A stretch of 64,000 bases of DNA from contig NIVC01000985.1 in NCBI GenBank assembly GCA_002269645.1, forward strand, positions 124,001 through 188,000. The letters are read 5' to 3'. This document shows positions 9,765 to 21,890 of the stretch, one piece after another (position 1 is the stretch's first letter; each line of letters starts with the position of its first letter). Below the pieces are notes generated by a model. That model searched no databases and was not told the DNA's origin. It saw nothing but the letters and a program-made list of their open reading frames with translations. A program made the translations under genes and the position numbers. The stretch is from Macrostomum lignano (lineage: Eukaryota).

Positions 9765-12060
9765 CTGATGCAGTATGGGACAGAGGATAGAATGGTCACT
9801 GATGCAGTATGGGATAGAGGATAGAATGGTCACTGATGCAGTATGGGAAAGGGGATAGAATGGTCACTGATGCAGTATGGGACAGGGGATAGAATGGTCA
9901 CTGATGCGGTATGCGACAGAGGATAGAATGGTCACTGATGCAGTATGGGATAGAGGATAGAATGGTCACTGATGCAGTATGGGACAGAGGATAGAATGGT
10001 CACTGATGCAGTATGGGATAGAGGATAGAATGGTCACTGATGCAGTATGGGACAGAGGATAGAATGGTCACTGATGCAGTATGGGACAGAGGATAGAATG
10101 GTCACTGATGCAGTATGGGATAGAGGATAGAATGGTCACTGATGCAGTATGGGATAGAGGATAGAATGGTCACTGATGCAGTATGGGACAGAGGATAGAA
10201 TGGTCACTGATGCAGTATGGGACAGAGGATAGAATGGTCACTGATGCAGTATGGGACAGAGGATAGAATGGTCACTGATGCAGTATGGGACAGGGGATAG
10301 AATGGTCACTGATGCAGTATGGGATAGAGGATAGAATGGTCACTGATGCAGTATGGGATAGAGGATAGAATGGTCACTGATGCAGAATGGGACAGAGGAT
10401 AGAATGGTCACTGATGCAGTATGGGACAGGGGATAGAATGGTCACTGATGCAGTATGGGACAGGGGATAGAATGGTCACTGATGCAGTATGGGACAGGGG
10501 ATAGAATGGTCACTGATGCAGTATGGGACAGAGGATAGAATGGTCACTGATGCAGTATGGGACAGGGGATAGAATGGTCACTGATGCAGTATGGGACAGG
10601 GGATAGAATGGTCACTGATGCAGTATGGGATAGAGGATAGAATGGTCACTGATGCAGTATGGGACAGAGGATAGAATGGTCACTGATGCGGTATGGGACA
10701 GAGGATAGAATGGTCACTGATGCAGTATGGGATAGAGGATAGAATGGTCACTGATGCAGTATGGGACAGGGGATAGAATGGTCACTGATGCAGTATGGGA
10801 CAGAGGATAGAATGGTCACTGATGCAGTATGGGACAGAGGATAGAATGGTCACTGATGCAGTATGGGATAGAGGATAGAATGGTCACTGATGCAGTATGG
10901 GACAGAGGATAGAATGGTCACTGATGCAGTATGGGATAGAGGATAGAATGGTCACTGATGCAGTATGGGACAGGGGATAGAATGGTCACTGATGCAGTAT
11001 GGGACAGAGGATAGAATGGTCACTGATGCAGTATGGGATAGAGGATAGAATGGTCACTGATGCAGTATGGGACAGGGGATAGAATGGTCACTGATGCAGT
11101 ATGGGACAGAGGATAGAATGGTCACTGATGCAGTATGGGATAGAGGATAGAATGGTCACTGATGCAGTATGGGACAGAGGATAGAATGGTCACTGATGCA
11201 GTATGGGATAGAGGATAGAATGGTCACTGATGCAGTATGGGACAGGGGATAGAATGGTCACTGATGCAGTATGGGACAGAGGATAGAATGGTCACTGATG
11301 CAGTATGGGACAGTGGATAGAATGGTCACTGATGCAGTATGGGACAGAGGATAGAATGGTCACTGATGCAGTATGGGACAGAGGATAGAATGGTCACTGA
11401 TGCAGTATGGGACAGAGGATAGAATGGTCACTGATGCAGTATGGGACAGGGGATAGAATGGTCACTGATGCAGTATGGGACAGAGGATAGAATGGTCACT
11501 GATGCAGTATGGGACAGGGGATAGAATGGTCACTGATGCAGTATGGGACAGAGGATAGAATGGTCACTGATGCAGTATGGGACAGGGGATAGAATGGTCA
11601 CTGATGCAGTATGGGACAGAGGATAGAATGGTCACTGATGCAGTATGGGACAGGGGATAGAATGGTCACTGATGCAGTATGGGATAGAGGATAGAATGGT
11701 CACTGATGCAGTATGGGACAGAGGATAGAATGGTCACTGATGCAGTATGGGACAGGGGATAGAATGGTCACTGGGGCACAGGGGACAGAGGATAGAATGG
11801 TCACTGGGGCACAGGGGACAGGGGATAGAATGGTCACTGATGCAGTATGGGACAGAGGATAGAATGGTCACTGATGCAGTATGGGACAGGGGATAGAATG
11901 GTCACTGATGCAGTATGGGACAGAGGATAGAATGGTCACTGATGCAGTATGGGACAGGGGATAGAATGGTCACTGATGTAGTATGGGACAGAGGATAGAA
12001 TGGTCACTGGGGCACAGGGGCACAGGGGATAGAATGGTCACTGGGCCACAAGGGACAGAG
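9765..12060. repeat. 34-bp minisatellite, about 2.3 kb
   Basis: Tandem CACTGATGCAGTATGGGA(C/T)AG(A/G)GGATAGAATGGT. Confidence 0.97.
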
Positions 12061-13314
12061 GAGTCAGAGTCAATTTAGATCAGTTGTTACAAAAACAAAC
12101 AAAATACAACAGTAACAGTATAATGTTACTTAGCGCATTAATGGCTACTTCGCAACAAAAGCTGATAAAGAACATGTATAATGTAATTTACAATACATAA
12201 ATAATATATAGGATACATGGACAGTCAGATTAAATATACCAGTCGCTAAATTGGGATTAGCAACAATAAATAGAAACTTGTGCAGCAAAACAATGATTAG
12301 TTAGCCAACAGAGCAGATTGCAATGATTAACTAACACAATTCAAGCATTTGAAGCAATAAAGAAAATTATGGTGCCCATAACAATCCAAGTAGACAATGA
12401 TGATGATGATGCTTAGACACTTTAGAAGAGACGAAAATCACGGGGAGATCCAGGGAGAGAGTGGAATTCTCGAGAGGAGGCCGAGACCATAAGGTAATTC
12501 CGGGGTAGAATTTCTGTGGAATTTATCCAGAGAAGACCGATAAAATCAAAGGGGAAACAGGGGAATTCCGTGAGAGAATTGTAGAATAATTCCATGAATT
12601 ATAGGGGAATTCCGTGAGAGAATGTCTCGGGGTAAAAGTTGTAGGAATAACTAAGAGCAGCTTTAATGTCTAACATCTCAGTGGATATTTGGAAACAAAG
12701 ATAACTCTTATCTAGTACTTAAGCAGCGACGGATCAATACAGTACACGCTTTTATTGATAAAATTTAGCTATAAATGTAAGAAAAGCAGTTTCTATAGCA
12801 GCCGGCAGTGTTGCACAGGAGCTTACAAGTGACAAACACAAAATTGCACGTTTGCACACGAATGAACGAATTTGTTTTAATTTACAGAAAAGGTGGCGCA
12901 AAATGGCAGTTGCAGACAAACTCTGCACTTGCGAAAACTAGCTATAAAAATCGCTTTTGATGTTCCATCTGTCTACTTATAGTAGACAGTCGCTAATTGT
13001 CACGACATTATTAAATTACAATGTTTGCAAGAGTCTGCATTTGCGAGCAATCGATTATAACAAAAAAATGACAACTTATATAAAAGCGTGCACTACATTC
13101 AAACAAAAAACCATTGTCAATTAAAAGACAAGTTAACTACTCTTAGCTATAAACAAACAAATTATAAAATATTTACAATGTGCCTTAAAAATAATAGGCA
13201 ATTTCGGTCTTATACAATAAACTTAGAGAACATGAAAATCAATTATTAGTAAGACTAACAATAACGATTAATTATATTCACGTAATTATAATAGCCACAA
13301 GGTTTAACAAGGGT

Positions 13315-13625
13315 GGTAGCAGTTCAGAGAGAGTGGCTATCCGATCAGCAGTTCAGGGAGGGTGGCTATCTGATCAGCAGTTCAGGGAGGGTGGCTATCC
13401 GATCAGCAGTTCAGGGAGGGTGGCTATCCGATCAGCAGTTCAGGGAGGGTGGCTATCCGATCAGCAGTTCAGGGAGGGTGGCTATCCGATCAGCAGTTCA
13501 GGGAGGGTGGCTATCCGATCAGCAGTTCAGGGAGGGTGGCTATCCGATCAGCAGTTCAGGGAGGGTGGCTATCCAGTCAGCAGTTCAGGGAGGGTGGCTA
13601 TCCGATCAGCAGTTCAGGGAGGGTA
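13315..13625. repeat. 29-bp minisatellite
   Basis: Tandem GTGGCTATCCGATCAGCAGTTCAGGGAGG. Confidence 0.95.
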
Positions 13626-13827
13626 CCCTATAAACTTTTGGCCTAATCCGAGCCTTTATTTTCACGATCTCATAAATAAAATTCAGATAGCTAAAGCATT
13701 AATAATTAAGCATGCAATAAAGGACGGTCAAAAAAAGATTATAAAGACATTCTAACAACATCAGTAAACAAAATTTTTCATTTCAGAAAAAAATTGTTCG
13801 AAATATAAGTAGTTTCTAAATAGAGCC

Positions 13828-15510
13828 TCAGGACAGAGTGGAAACTCGAGTCTGCAGATCGCATATTTTGGCGAATATTTTAATAGCCGGACCCAGCCTA
13901 ATGCCGACTTTGGTGAGCAAATCCATGCGTCTAATTAGCATTAGAGAGATTCCGTCAACCTGTTCGTTAAGGAAACAGTCAGCTTCAGCTGGGTAGCCTT
14001 CGCACTTCAGCCAGTCTCGAACCTCCTCAACTGTCCAGTCTAACACGCTGGGAGTCTCTTCAACACCCGCGCCGTCGCTGCAGCCGCCGCCGTTGGTCGC
14101 CTGGCCGTCTGCTGGCGCGTCAACAACCGGCGCCGCGGCGGCCTCGCAGGCCCCATTGAGTTGACCGGCGGCAGCAGTCCGACTGGCGACTGCTTCGGCG
14201 GCGATGTCGCCAACAATCATGTGACTTCCGTCCATTGACAGCTTGGCCGTGACAAAAACCGGCTGCTGTTGCTGCTGATGCTGAGCAGTGGCCTGCTGGT
14301 GAATCTGCTGAGTTGAAAATGCCGCGTGAACTATTTGCGTCGTAGCCTGAAGCGGCGGCTGCTGCTGCGGCGGCGCGGGAGCAATAGCAGTCGGCACCTG
14401 ATGCTGCTGGCGCTGCTGCGAGTGCGACTGCAGACTCGCCAACGGTATCTGGCCGGACTTGGACACCACAACGGCTGTGGCAGGCAGCACGACGGGTCGT
14501 CCAGCAGCGGCGGCGGCCAGAGCGGCGGCGTGATGATGCTGATGATGATGATGGCCGTGCGGCATCAGCGGCATGCGCATGGGATCTCCCGGCTCCAGTT
14601 TGGGAAACACTGGCGCCAGGGGACGCTTAACGGGCGGAGTCGGCGCCCCGTCTGGCCCGCTGCGTCGGCGCTTCCGACGATCGGCGGAGAGGCCGCCGCT
14701 GCCGACTGCGACTCCGACGCCGGCTACCCCGCCAGCTGGGGCGGGCGACGCGATGCCGCCGCAAGCCGGCGACTTGGCGGTCATCCGGTAGCTGACATAG
14801 TCGGCAATGGGCACACCGATGATGATGCCGCGCTCCTCCATCCGCCGAATCGCCTGGCGAACAGTTTCCGCTCCGACGCTGTGCTTATTCAGCGTAAATC
14901 GGATTATCGTATCGAGATCGCGGCGCCGCTTCTGCCGCTGGCATCGGTCCATGGCTTCCACCACCCAGGCGCAGATCTGATCGTCTGCGCCGGACGCAAC
15001 GCTCCCAACTGCGCCCGCGGCGGTGTCCGCATCGGCTGTTGAATCAGCGCCCGCAACAGCTTCTTCGGGCCCCGCGTCGGCAACAACTAGCGCCCCCGCT
15101 TCAGCTTCAAGTTCAGGTTCCGCTTCAGCAATAACTTCAGGTCTCGATTCAACTACAACTTCAGGTGTCGCCTCAGCAATAGCTTCAGGCCCCGCTTCAA
15201 CAACAGCTAGAGCTGCTGCTTCAGCGACAGCTTCAGGTCTGGCTTCGGCGACAATTTCAGGTCTGGCTTCAGTAATAACTTCAGATCCCACTCCGGCATC
15301 AGCAACGATAGGAGCAGCCGCGGCCGGCTCCCCGATAGCGCTTGACACCTCCGCCACAATTAAGCCTCGCTTTGCCTCCCAATATGGGAGACAGATGATA
15401 GTAATGGCGAGTGTCAGCCGAGGGAAAATGAAGGTGTAGGAGGAGTGGGAAGGGTGTAAATTTGCAGTAATTGGCTTGTCAGAACAGCGCAATGTACGTC
15501 TGGAATGCAT
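13828..15510 (-). CDS. SAMD1: SAMD1 (atherin)-like protein: acidic low-complexity N-terminus, SAMD1-type winged helix (about 14782-14982), Q/H/A-rich linker, C-terminal SAM domain (about 13831-14046). The true 5' end is uncertain.
   Basis: WVVEAMDRCQRQKRRRDLDTII...VSYR aligns without gaps to the human SAMD1 WH as I recall it (WILDTIDSLRSRKARPDLERIC...ISYR). DWTVEEV...EQVDGISLMLIRRMDLLTKVGIRLGPAIKI is a SAM domain of the SAMD1/Ph/Scm type. The first 45 codons are pyrimidine-rich and look intron-like. Confidence 0.78.
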   Translation of the reverse strand: MHSRRTLRCSDKPITANLHPSHSSYTFIFPRLTLAITIICLPYWEAKRGLIVAEVSSAIGEPAAAAPIVADAGVGSEVITEARPEIVAEARPEAVAEAAALAVVEAGPEAIAEATPEVVVESRPEVIAEAEPELEAEAGALVVADAGPEEAVAGADSTADADTAAGAVGSVASGADDQICAWVVEAMDRCQRQKRRRDLDTIIRFTLNKHSVGAETVRQAIRRMEERGIIIGVPIADYVSYRMTAKSPACGGIASPAPAGGVAGVGVAVGSGGLSADRRKRRRSGPDGAPTPPVKRPLAPVFPKLEPGDPMRMPLMPHGHHHHQHHHAAALAAAAAGRPVVLPATAVVVSKSGQIPLASLQSHSQQRQQHQVPTAIAPAPPQQQPPLQATTQIVHAAFSTQQIHQQATAQHQQQQQPVFVTAKLSMDGSHMIVGDIAAEAVASRTAAAGQLNGACEAAAAPVVDAPADGQATNGGGCSDGAGVEETPSVLDWTVEEVRDWLKCEGYPAEADCFLNEQVDGISLMLIRRMDLLTKVGIRLGPAIKIFAKICDLQTRVSTLS

Positions 15511-18003
15511 AAAATTTGTTAAAATTTAGCCGCCAAATCTTGAATGGAATGGTGCATAATTAATTTCAATTAATAGCATTACTAACAGTAGGTTGACAAG
15601 TCTTGCACAAACAATAAAGCAAATAATTTGATCGCATACAACTTTTTTGTAAAGTTTTGCATTTCAGTCTAATTTACAAAAGTAAGTATTTATTATTAAG
15701 TATAGGCTGTTTGTCCATTGGTTTTTAAAAATAACAAATAGTTTACAAAACAGTTAACAAAGAGTTATTATAGCAGGCTGCACATCTTCAAATAATTGCT
15801 GCACATTTAAATGCCAATATTTTGGCACTGATGAATAGGCTAAAAAGCTATGCATCAAATGTAGCACTATAATCAACTAGTCAGTTCAAAGCCAAGAGCT
15901 GCTCTGTTCAACTGTATCTTTGATAACATATTTGCTTAATGTATGACCATACATATAAAAGTTAGCAATTCTAGAACATATTGCCAATACCTTAGTCTGA
16001 TACTTAGTCCAATACTCATTTTTTCTTATTTGTATGCTTTTAAGACTTAAGACTTAAGACTTTAAAAACAAAAAGTACTATTTTAGGCTTTGCCATTCAC
16101 TATTGGCAGTTCTAAGTAAGATCACAGTTAGCATGTTGTTGTTATCATATAAAAAATTAAACTCATTCCTAAAATAACAAATATATAGTTTCAACTAGTT
16201 ACACTGTAGTCTAGTTCAACTTCATGTAGACTATGATAGGCTGGTACTTTGATGTACTTGTTTTGTTAACTTTTTTGCTGTTTTTAATACTATTGTCTAT
16301 TGACTATTTGGTCTATTCACAATATACTAAATCTCTTTTATCTTATATACAGGGACAGCTTAATATTTGGGATAGAAAACTACAAAAGTTGGAAGCCATT
16401 CTAATTAATAACTTAGTCCTTGGAAAGTATTTATTTGATAGTAGGTTTTACCTTGTAGTCAATGAGTTTGTGTTAGTGATAAAAACCTATCTAAGCAATA
16501 CTTTTTGAGGACTAAGTTATTAATAGATTGGCCTCCAACTTTTGTGCATATTGTTTCCTATTCCTAGTTGTTGAATAGTCCCTATATATTCAAATATTCA
16601 AACTAGGAAATCATTATAAAATGCAAAGCTAATATAATTATTACTATATTTCCCATTTTTTATCCATCTTTTAAGTTTTATCTTATATTATAATGAATAT
16701 ATCTAAAATTTTGAAAAATTCATGAGTCATCACTTTTACTTTTTTAATACATAAGACATGATATACCATGGCTTAATGATAGAAAAATATAGATTTTTGC
16801 AAGCTTCTATAACTAAATCTGAATATACAAAAATTTTGAATCTGAATCCAAATATCCAAATGTTTTTCCAAATATAAACAAAAAGTTAAAGGTAGGGCCT
16901 AAAGTTCTAAACAATAGGAGTAACTGACAATAGGCATCCCAGACACTTTTAAATTACAAAAATGCCTTATCATTTAATTAATAAACTAATTAGTACCACA
17001 TATGATTTTATTGTCATATTGACAAGATTGAAGATTCTAACTATCTTTGACTTATACTATATCTAAATCTATATAGTATCTAGCAAACCAAATTCTTATA
17101 GGGCCTATACCCTATATCTAATCTATTCTAACTACTAGTACTAATACACTAATTGATGTTATATTTGCGCAATTTGATAACTTTACTAGGCCTATAGGCC
17201 TAGGCTAAATCTATATATTTGCATTTTGAAAAAATTAAGTAATGATTACACTCTTTTACAGTTACATTTGTTTTGATATCTTGATTTTTTATATTTGGAA
17301 GCACATTTTAAAAATATTTGGAAAAAAATTCCAAATCCTAAACTGTCCAACTGTCTAGCCTATGGCAAGCTGCAAATTGTCCATGTTCTACCTTGCAGCT
17401 TCTTCCCCATATCTCTGCTTCTCTTCTGCTCATTAGGCCTATTGCCACTTGAGCTTAGCTTAGATTGTACATAATATAGATATACATGTAACTTAGTAAT
17501 CTGCACCCCACATTAAAAAATTTCTAGATCCACAACTGATAACAATGTAATAATAATAATAGGTTTCGATATTTATGGCCCAGTGTATTTCCAATATTAA
17601 TATTGCGCATAAAATTTTATAGTAATATTAATAAATGAGAAATTATTAACATAACAGAATAACCATGAGTTTACGACATTGACAGGAACCACATTCTGCA
17701 TATTGCTTTTAATTTAAATCTGGCTTTTTTGCTAGGTCGGTTATGCCATTTAGCATAATTACTTAATTTTTTTATTTGGATTATATGCCATCTAAACATC
17801 TGAGCCATCTTCAGGTGGCTCTGAAGATGGCTCTATTCTTCTTTATCTATGCCATCTTCTTGCAATTGCTATGGCACACTAGTCACACCAAAAACCAACT
17901 AGGGACACCTAATGTCTCATGATATGCAGCAAGATCAACAGACGACAGCATGCATGCATGCTTGCGCGCTTGCTAATTACGAATAATGTGTCAATTGGTC
18001 TAT

Positions 18004-18397
18004 TTTAAAGGGGTCTCCCTAAAACACGCACCGCACCGCCCCGACCGCTACACATTATAACATTTTTGTCAATGCAGTATTTTGATTGCAAAGAAAACTA
18101 TTTGTTGTAAGAGTAACAGAATAATTGACTTTAATTATTACTTTAAATATTATTATTATTTTTCATATTCTCGTTTGCATTATTAAATTATATTATTATT
18201 ATTTTATTAATATTATTAATTGTATCACTTATTATACACCGAATTAAATATTTTAAAGTAAAAAAAAACTAAATTTTATAAAAGCTTAAAGCTTAACATA
18301 AAACGCATTTTGAAATGTCTTCAGTTATAGTCCAATTTGTTTTAACGTGTAGCGCTGTGGGGCGGGGCGGTGCGTGTTTTAGGGAGACCCATTTTAA
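18004..18397. mobile_element. MITE-like element with about 50-bp imperfect terminal inverted repeats
   Basis: Left end GGGTCTCCCTAAAACACGCACCGCACCGCCCC and right end GGGGCGGGGCGGTGCGTGTTTTAGGGAGACCC. AT-rich noncoding interior; TTAA at both outer flanks. Confidence 0.7.
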
Positions 18398-21148
18398 AGA
18401 AAGATAATTATCTACGAAAATTAGCAGAGTTAAAACAAAGTAAATAATATATGTATTTATTTTTTGCCTTGTAGTGAAATAATGTTTCTTCTTAAAATAT
18501 TTTCTAAAAAAAAAAAAATTTTTGCCATAGTGTTGCGATGATCTTGCAGCTAGTAATTTAATTGTGATCCGTATAAAATATTTTTGATAGGCTATCTGCA
18601 GTTGTGCCACAACCACAGAGCCTTTAAAGTCGCATTAAAGAATAAAGATACATGGGTTGTACTTTACTGATTCCGAATACTAAATACCTAATTTTGTACT
18701 ATACATGCAAATACATTTTATGTTGTCCATTCGTGTACCCAAGGTAAAAAATTATCTTACATGGATACGACTATGGTGTTGTCGATAATTGTGTTATAAC
18801 CGCTTTTTTACCCTTGATACTCGCACTGGTTTGGAAATACTTATTACAGGTCCCCCAATAGACCGCGCCTGCGAACTCTTTCTATTAAGATAAAATTTGA
18901 CGATTAACTGATCACATCTACACGCACACTTTTGCGAAACTATATATGATAGTATATGTATGGATTTCTGGATTATTTAGGCTAAAAGCTAGCTGGACGT
19001 TGCTGCAACATGTAATCTAAAAATGAAATATAGGCAAAGAAGTGCTACGTTTACCATTTTTATGGAAATTTAGTGAATCACATTTGTTGGGAAAATCAAG
19101 TATTCAAGCAACAAAATACTCGGAATAGTCCAGCAGTTAATTTTTAGCAGTTTTTCGCTAAAAACTTAATCTGTAAAATTTATACCAGCCTTACTATACA
19201 GTGTGTATTTTACGTTCAGCGATTCTGCGATTAGCTATTATAGCTATAACTTTATTGCGGTACATAGGTACATGGCCTAATATCTCTGGCCCTGATCTTT
19301 CCCGAAATGGAATGGTTCTATAGGTCTTGAATTTTTTTATGAATGACAAGCAGTCAAGAAAAGGTCAATGCAATTTCATGAATAGAATTTAAATTGCAAA
19401 AATTACTTTTTTATAACTTGCAAATGAAGCGCCTGCTAAAATCGGCAAGGGCAGGGAAGGCTGCAGTTTTCCCCTGTGAGACTAGAACCTTGCCATGAAG
19501 TAAAGGGTATTTGCTCGCTTTTTCGAAAACTTAAGACAAACTGCCTTTGTGGCACTTGTGCAGCCACGCAGAGCTGCCAGACGGCTCTGAGAACCCAGAA
19601 ATCTATGCAAGGAGAAAACAAGCCTAACGCCAGCAGGCCTCCTTTCCCACAGGACTGGTTTGAGCTGGAAGAACTGTTTGCTCACTTCACTGTGACCCAA
19701 AATGCCCACGGTTAGTAAACTCCCAATGCCAAACCGTCAACAGCCAGACGCTTCTGCTGAGCTGTCCAACTTCCAAGTCTCTCTTTCTCGTCCGGGCTCC
19801 TTTGAATACCACACCAGAATTGTGGGAGTTCCCACGAATGAATTGGCCGATGGAGATTTCGACCCACCGCACAGTCTGAGACTCATTTCCCCAATCTCTT
19901 CCTACCTATCAAACATATTCCATTCTCTCTCCCTAGATCTGAACGACCGTTCCAGGCCTTTCCCTCCAAATTCGCAGCCAATTTCTTGGAGTCGGCTTTT
20001 TAAGCTACCCAGCGCTGAATAATAGATTCTCGTCAAACACGAACCGCGGCGCGGAAGCTCTAAAATAGAAGAGAAATTGAAAGCTGGCCTCTGTAACTTT
20101 CCCAGGTGGCTGTCCTGCAACTTTGGCCACCTTTTGCCGATGGGAAGAAGAATCGATAACCAGATGGGAGCAGATAGAGCATTAGTTCTATCAACTATCC
20201 GAAGGTATTTCCTTTCGGAATTAAAATAATCCTAGCTAGTGCATGGAATTTTCTAACACTGTAGCATAAATTTGAAGCTTGATAAAGATGACTGCCGCCT
20301 TGCTGCTAAACCCAAAGCTTTCTTTACTTAAGAATCCAAATAGTGGAGGTCGGAGAAAATCCAGAGTTGGGTTTCATTTTCCACATCGAATGCCGGGTCA
20401 CGGGTTTGCAAGCTGGCCTCTACAGGCTTATCGAACTGACATCGATCATAATTTGATACATGGATAATGAGACATGCTCCATTTTTACGTACCATTTTTA
20501 TATGAAGCTTTAACTGCCATACAGTGCCGTATCGGTTTTCATCTTTGTCCTTAATCTCTGCTACTTGAATTGGGTATCAGAGTTCATTCTAATATCGATG
20601 TACCCAGAGATACTCGTATAAGCCCTCTTCATAATGTTTACTTTTCTAACGAAAGCGCATTATAGTAGGACGAACATTACATGGTGTTCAATAGTCAAGA
20701 TTCCTTGAATATCGCAAATGACCTCCTGTCGTTTGAACATGCGAGTCAGATAAAGTATTGTTTATCCGAATACATCTTCATGTCATTACCCAAGGCTGAA
20801 CTATCGCTCATCCAGTCTCCCTCTCCCACATACAAGCGGACGTTGTCCCTAGATCGTTCCATCTGTCCATCATACGCATGCTAATAGAATTCCTCCCTTT
20901 TGGTCGCTTGTCCGATTCCTTGGCGATGTGTTTAGTTAACTTGACTAGAGGACAAGCCAAATTCTGTCCTGGGGCCAGAATTCAGGACTAAATAAGCTTG
21001 TGAGCCGCGGATTTCAAAGGGTATATGCTATTGTTTAGCGATATGTGTAGTGACGTACTAACAAGCAAATAAATATTTTGTATAACTTTCTGTGCCAAAT
21101 TTTACTTTCTGATTTAATAGCTAAGTTAAAGTACGAAACACTTTCTTG

Positions 21149-21329
21149 AACGTATGGACAAGGACGACTAAAGTAACATATATATAGGACGCAAGACTCA
21201 ACTTTCGTGGAAAGTTCGTTGGAGGCCGATTTTCGTCATCGTTTGCATAGCCGAAATAGAAATCGGCCTTCAATGATATTTTCACCAATTCTGAGTCTTG
21301 CGTCCTTGTACTTTAGTAGTCCATGCGTA
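21149..21329. repeat. Nested palindromic (hairpin-forming) element
   Basis: Perfect 15-bp inverted pair 21186-21200 / 21292-21306. Inner 14-bp pair with 1 mismatch at 21219-21232 / 21260-21273. Degenerate outer pair. Confidence 0.65.
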
Positions 21330-21629
21330 TGGAATTTCCCGCGTCGAGTACCCATACTTTATAATGATAAATTTTAGTCACTCGTGGCTTCGCCACTCGT
21401 GAAAAATAATCATTGTCTACCTTTAAAACCACATACCCAATCTACCATTGCTGCACGATAACTCATCCGACGACAGGGATTCCTTCACGTTCACTCGTGC
21501 GTGAAGGACATCGTGCACTCGTGCGCACTCCAGACCGTGCATGAATCATTCAATGTCTATGGAACCATCTCCGCGGCGATTCTGGATAGACATTCTTCTC
21601 GTTTCATGGAATATTACGCTAGTAAATGT

Positions 21630-21890
21630 GAGGGCTTCATAAGACCAAAACTTCACAACGCCGAAATATCTTATTTCCCAAGACCGAAACTTCACAACGC
21701 CGAAACATCTTATTTCACAAGACCGAAACTTCATAAGACCGAAATTTCCCTATGCCGAAAATTCTACATGGTCCTTGTTATATATTGAGTTTTCTACGAT
21801 GTGAAATTTCGGTCTTATGAAGTTTCGGTCTTATTAAGGACGAATCAGTAGTTTCCGGCGTTGTGAAATTTCGGTCTTGTAAAAGAGACC
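21630..21890. mobile_element. Foldback/MITE-like element with subterminal repeats
   Basis: Repeated AAGACCGAAACTTCAC(AACGCC) in the left half and the inverse (GGCGTT)GTGAAATTTCGGTCTT in the right half. Confidence 0.6.

Noticed and set aside
16233-16508. Hydrophobic 91-aa ORF as a membrane protein or NUMT
   Set aside because: The composition is explained by very AT-rich DNA, and there is no recognisable mitochondrial or other motif.
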